Assembly: GCA_016844925.1 (NCBI GenBank) | Contig: JAERTI010000043.1 | Span: forward strand, 197,110 to 261,109 | Origin: Candidatus Uhrbacteria bacterium | GTDB lineage: Bacteria > Patescibacteriota > Patescibacteriia > UBA9934 > GWF2-40-263 | Length of the DNA stretch: 64,000 nt | Reading direction: 5' to 3' | Shown: in pieces, positions 62,329-64,000 of the stretch | How the letters are laid out: each line of letters starts with the position of its first letter | Numbering within the stretch: the first letter of the stretch is position 1 | Notes under the pieces: model-generated | Told to the model about the DNA's origin: nothing | Seen by the model: the letters and a program-made list of their open reading frames with translations, nothing else | The model's database searches: none | Translations under genes and position numbers: made by a program

Positions 62329-63771
62329 TCAGCTGGGGAAGTAGAGTCCCCGGATCTTGGCGGCCAGGTCGGTCTCGGGGAAGAAGCCGAGGGTGGCCGC
62401 GTGGGTGCGCGAGAGGCGCATGGAGATGCGGATCACGTTGCTCATGCGAACCTTGCCGTTGAGCAGAAGCTGCATGGGGCGCTTGTGAGCCTGTTCGATG
62501 TCCACGGTGACTTCATCCTGCGCGCTGAGGCGGGCGAAGTTCCAACGCTGACCACGGTAGGTGGTGCCAGCGCCGACGAGGACCATCTCGGGCGTGCCGG
62601 CCGTCAGAGGCATGCCGCCGTAGGAGCGAGCCCAGCCGGTAGAGCCGGCCGCGGTGGCGAGCATGAGTCCGTCTCCGGAGAGCCAGTCGAAGACGAGCTC
62701 GCCGTTGAGGTAGACCCTCATGGCCCCGCTCTGCACAGACTCGCCGTTGCTCATCGCGCGGATGAACGCCTCGTTGAACGCGAGTTCCTTGATCTGACTT
62801 CCATCCTGAGCCAGAGCACTGACTTCCAGCAGAGGCTGTTGGTACAGGTGCACGATACCGCGACGCAGACGCGCCTCGAGTTCATCGACGGTTCCGTCGT
62901 TGAGCAGGAAGCCGACGGTGCCGGCGTTCAGACCGATGGACGGCCGTGGGTCGCCGAGGTTTCCTTGCACGCAGTCGAGCTTGAAACCGTCACCACCAGC
63001 TTCGATCCTGTGCGTGATTGGACCTTGGGCGAGTGCGTAGACGCGATCACACATGAGTGCCAGTGCGACCTCGCGCTCGCGGCGCTTCGGATCCTTGCTG
63101 ACGTTTACCAGCACCTGCGCGCGACCAGTCAGCTTCTGGCGGACCGGTCCCAGGGCTGCACCGCTGGTGTACAGGCGCCACTGGCGCATGTATGCGGCAA
63201 CACCGCGAGAGACGAGGTGTTCGTACTCCTCGTGCAGACCGGCACAGTTGCGGATCTCCTTGCTGGAGCCGGCACGGGTGTCCTTGAGAATCAGGCTGCG
63301 CGGAGGTAGGTCGCTCTGGTTGAATCGATAGCCTGCCCTGGGCAGGAACAGGAACCGAGATTGGGACCAGAGCATCTGGCCCTTGTGCCAGCTCTTGTGG
63401 ATCTGACTGTTCTGCGTGGCGCCGTTCTCGATCAGGTCTCCACCGATGACGATCCAGACGTCGTGCCCAGCAACCTTCAGGCGCTCATGAATGTCCCAGG
63501 TGCGCTCGTACTCGTCACGCTCCAGGTCGCTTAGGTCCAGGATGATGCGCGGATCGCGATCACCGAAGGCGATGCGGCACATGTTGGCACGGTGCAGGGG
63601 AGTGGTGTCCCCGTTGCTCTCTTTGTCCGGTCGACCTCCACAGGGGATGATCAGCAGACGGTCATCGGGGGTCATGTTCTCCAGGATGATGTCCACCATG
63701 CTTTCATGGTGTTTCCCGGGCGGGTTGAAACTTCCACCGAGGAAGTAGGTCCGTCCAGACGGTGCGTTCAT
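62329..63771 (-). CDS. nadD: Bifunctional NadD-like nucleotidyltransferase / NAD kinase fusion
   Basis: N-terminus FLGGSFNPPGKHH and GSSKEIR...VAAYMRQWRLY (NadD/NMNAT-like); C-terminus AGGDGF, NAGTVGFLL, FNEAFIR...DGLMLATAAGSTGWARSYGG (NAD kinase-like). Confidence 0.65.
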   Translation of the reverse strand: MNAPSGRTYFLGGSFNPPGKHHESMVDIILENMTPDDRLLIIPCGGRPDKESNGDTTPLHRANMCRIAFGDRDPRIILDLSDLERDEYERTWDIHERLKVAGHDVWIVIGGDLIENGATQNSQIHKSWHKGQMLWSQSRFLFLPRAGYRFNQSDLPPRSLILKDTRAGSSKEIRNCAGLHEEYEHLVSRGVAAYMRQWRLYTSGAALGPVRQKLTGRAQVLVNVSKDPKRREREVALALMCDRVYALAQGPITHRIEAGGDGFKLDCVQGNLGDPRPSIGLNAGTVGFLLNDGTVDELEARLRRGIVHLYQQPLLEVSALAQDGSQIKELAFNEAFIRAMSNGESVQSGAMRVYLNGELVFDWLSGDGLMLATAAGSTGWARSYGGMPLTAGTPEMVLVGAGTTYRGQRWNFARLSAQDEVTVDIEQAHKRPMQLLLNGKVRMSNVIRISMRLSRTHAATLGFFPETDLAAKIRGLYFPS

Positions 63772-63820
63772 GGGTTCCTCCGAAGGTCAAAGGGCGGGGC
63801 TCCAAGACCGGGATGGTCGT

Positions 63821-63879
63821 GGAGTAAAATCTGGGCTCGACTGGATCGAGCGCAGGTTTTAAATAGGCCCGCTGCCGAG
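63821..63879 (-). promoter_or_regulatory. Conserved leader element, copy 2 (upstream of the nadD::nadK fusion)
   Basis: aaatctggGctcga-ctgga-tcgagCgcaggttt with the same flanks (ttaaatagg, ccgag). Confidence 0.5.
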
Positions 63880-64000
63880 GAGGAGTACTCCAAGGCGGGC
63901 GGGCAAGGGGTGTGAACTACGAGAGTCGCTTCGCCAGGATGGCGCCGCGGGACGCCATGGTCCACAGGCCGACGTGGTGCGCGGCCTCGCGCGGGTGGCC

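Overview
The window is a bacterial chromosomal segment with a moderate-GC (~50%) housekeeping backbone: nusB-rnc, proS, mqo, a Crp/Fnr regulator, HU, RNase Y, truB, infB, trxA-trxB, a glutamate dehydrogenase, leuS, ugd, a split comEC, ndk and dtd. Many higher-GC (~58-68%) accessory blocks are inserted between these. The split ComEC and the short INS-less ProRS are compatible with a small-genome lineage such as CPR/Patescibacteria, but I cannot confirm taxonomy from sequence alone. Two divergent tRNAs (Lys-CTT, Arg-TCG) sit beside one of the high-GC blocks. Three items stand out. (1) At 44.1-53.6 kb there is a tandem array of six paralogous ~500-aa genes, with a seventh divergent member at 37.5 kb. 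Each array gene is its own terminator / TTGACA-N15-17-TAGGTT promoter / gene cassette. The proteins have a variable N-terminal region, conserved Cys motifs, a Glu/Arg-rich coiled-coil-like stretch, a polybasic NLS-like tract and a conserved ~90-aa C-terminal domain that looks winged-helix-like. I do not recognise the family. (2) At 56.9-63.8 kb there is a high-GC NAD(P) salvage island: nadE(Gln) and a Nudix gene, then a radical SAM gene, pncB, and an apparent NadD::NadK fusion. A conserved ~60-nt imperfect-palindrome / hairpin element sits in the leaders of both pncB and the fusion gene. (3) Several paralogue pairs and acyltransferase/deacylase pairs recur. A probable attenuator-type leader precedes one GNAT gene. 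I found no CRISPR array, IS element, rRNA or recognisable defence gene. Many long ORFs antisense to high-GC genes are GC shadow ORFs and were rejected.
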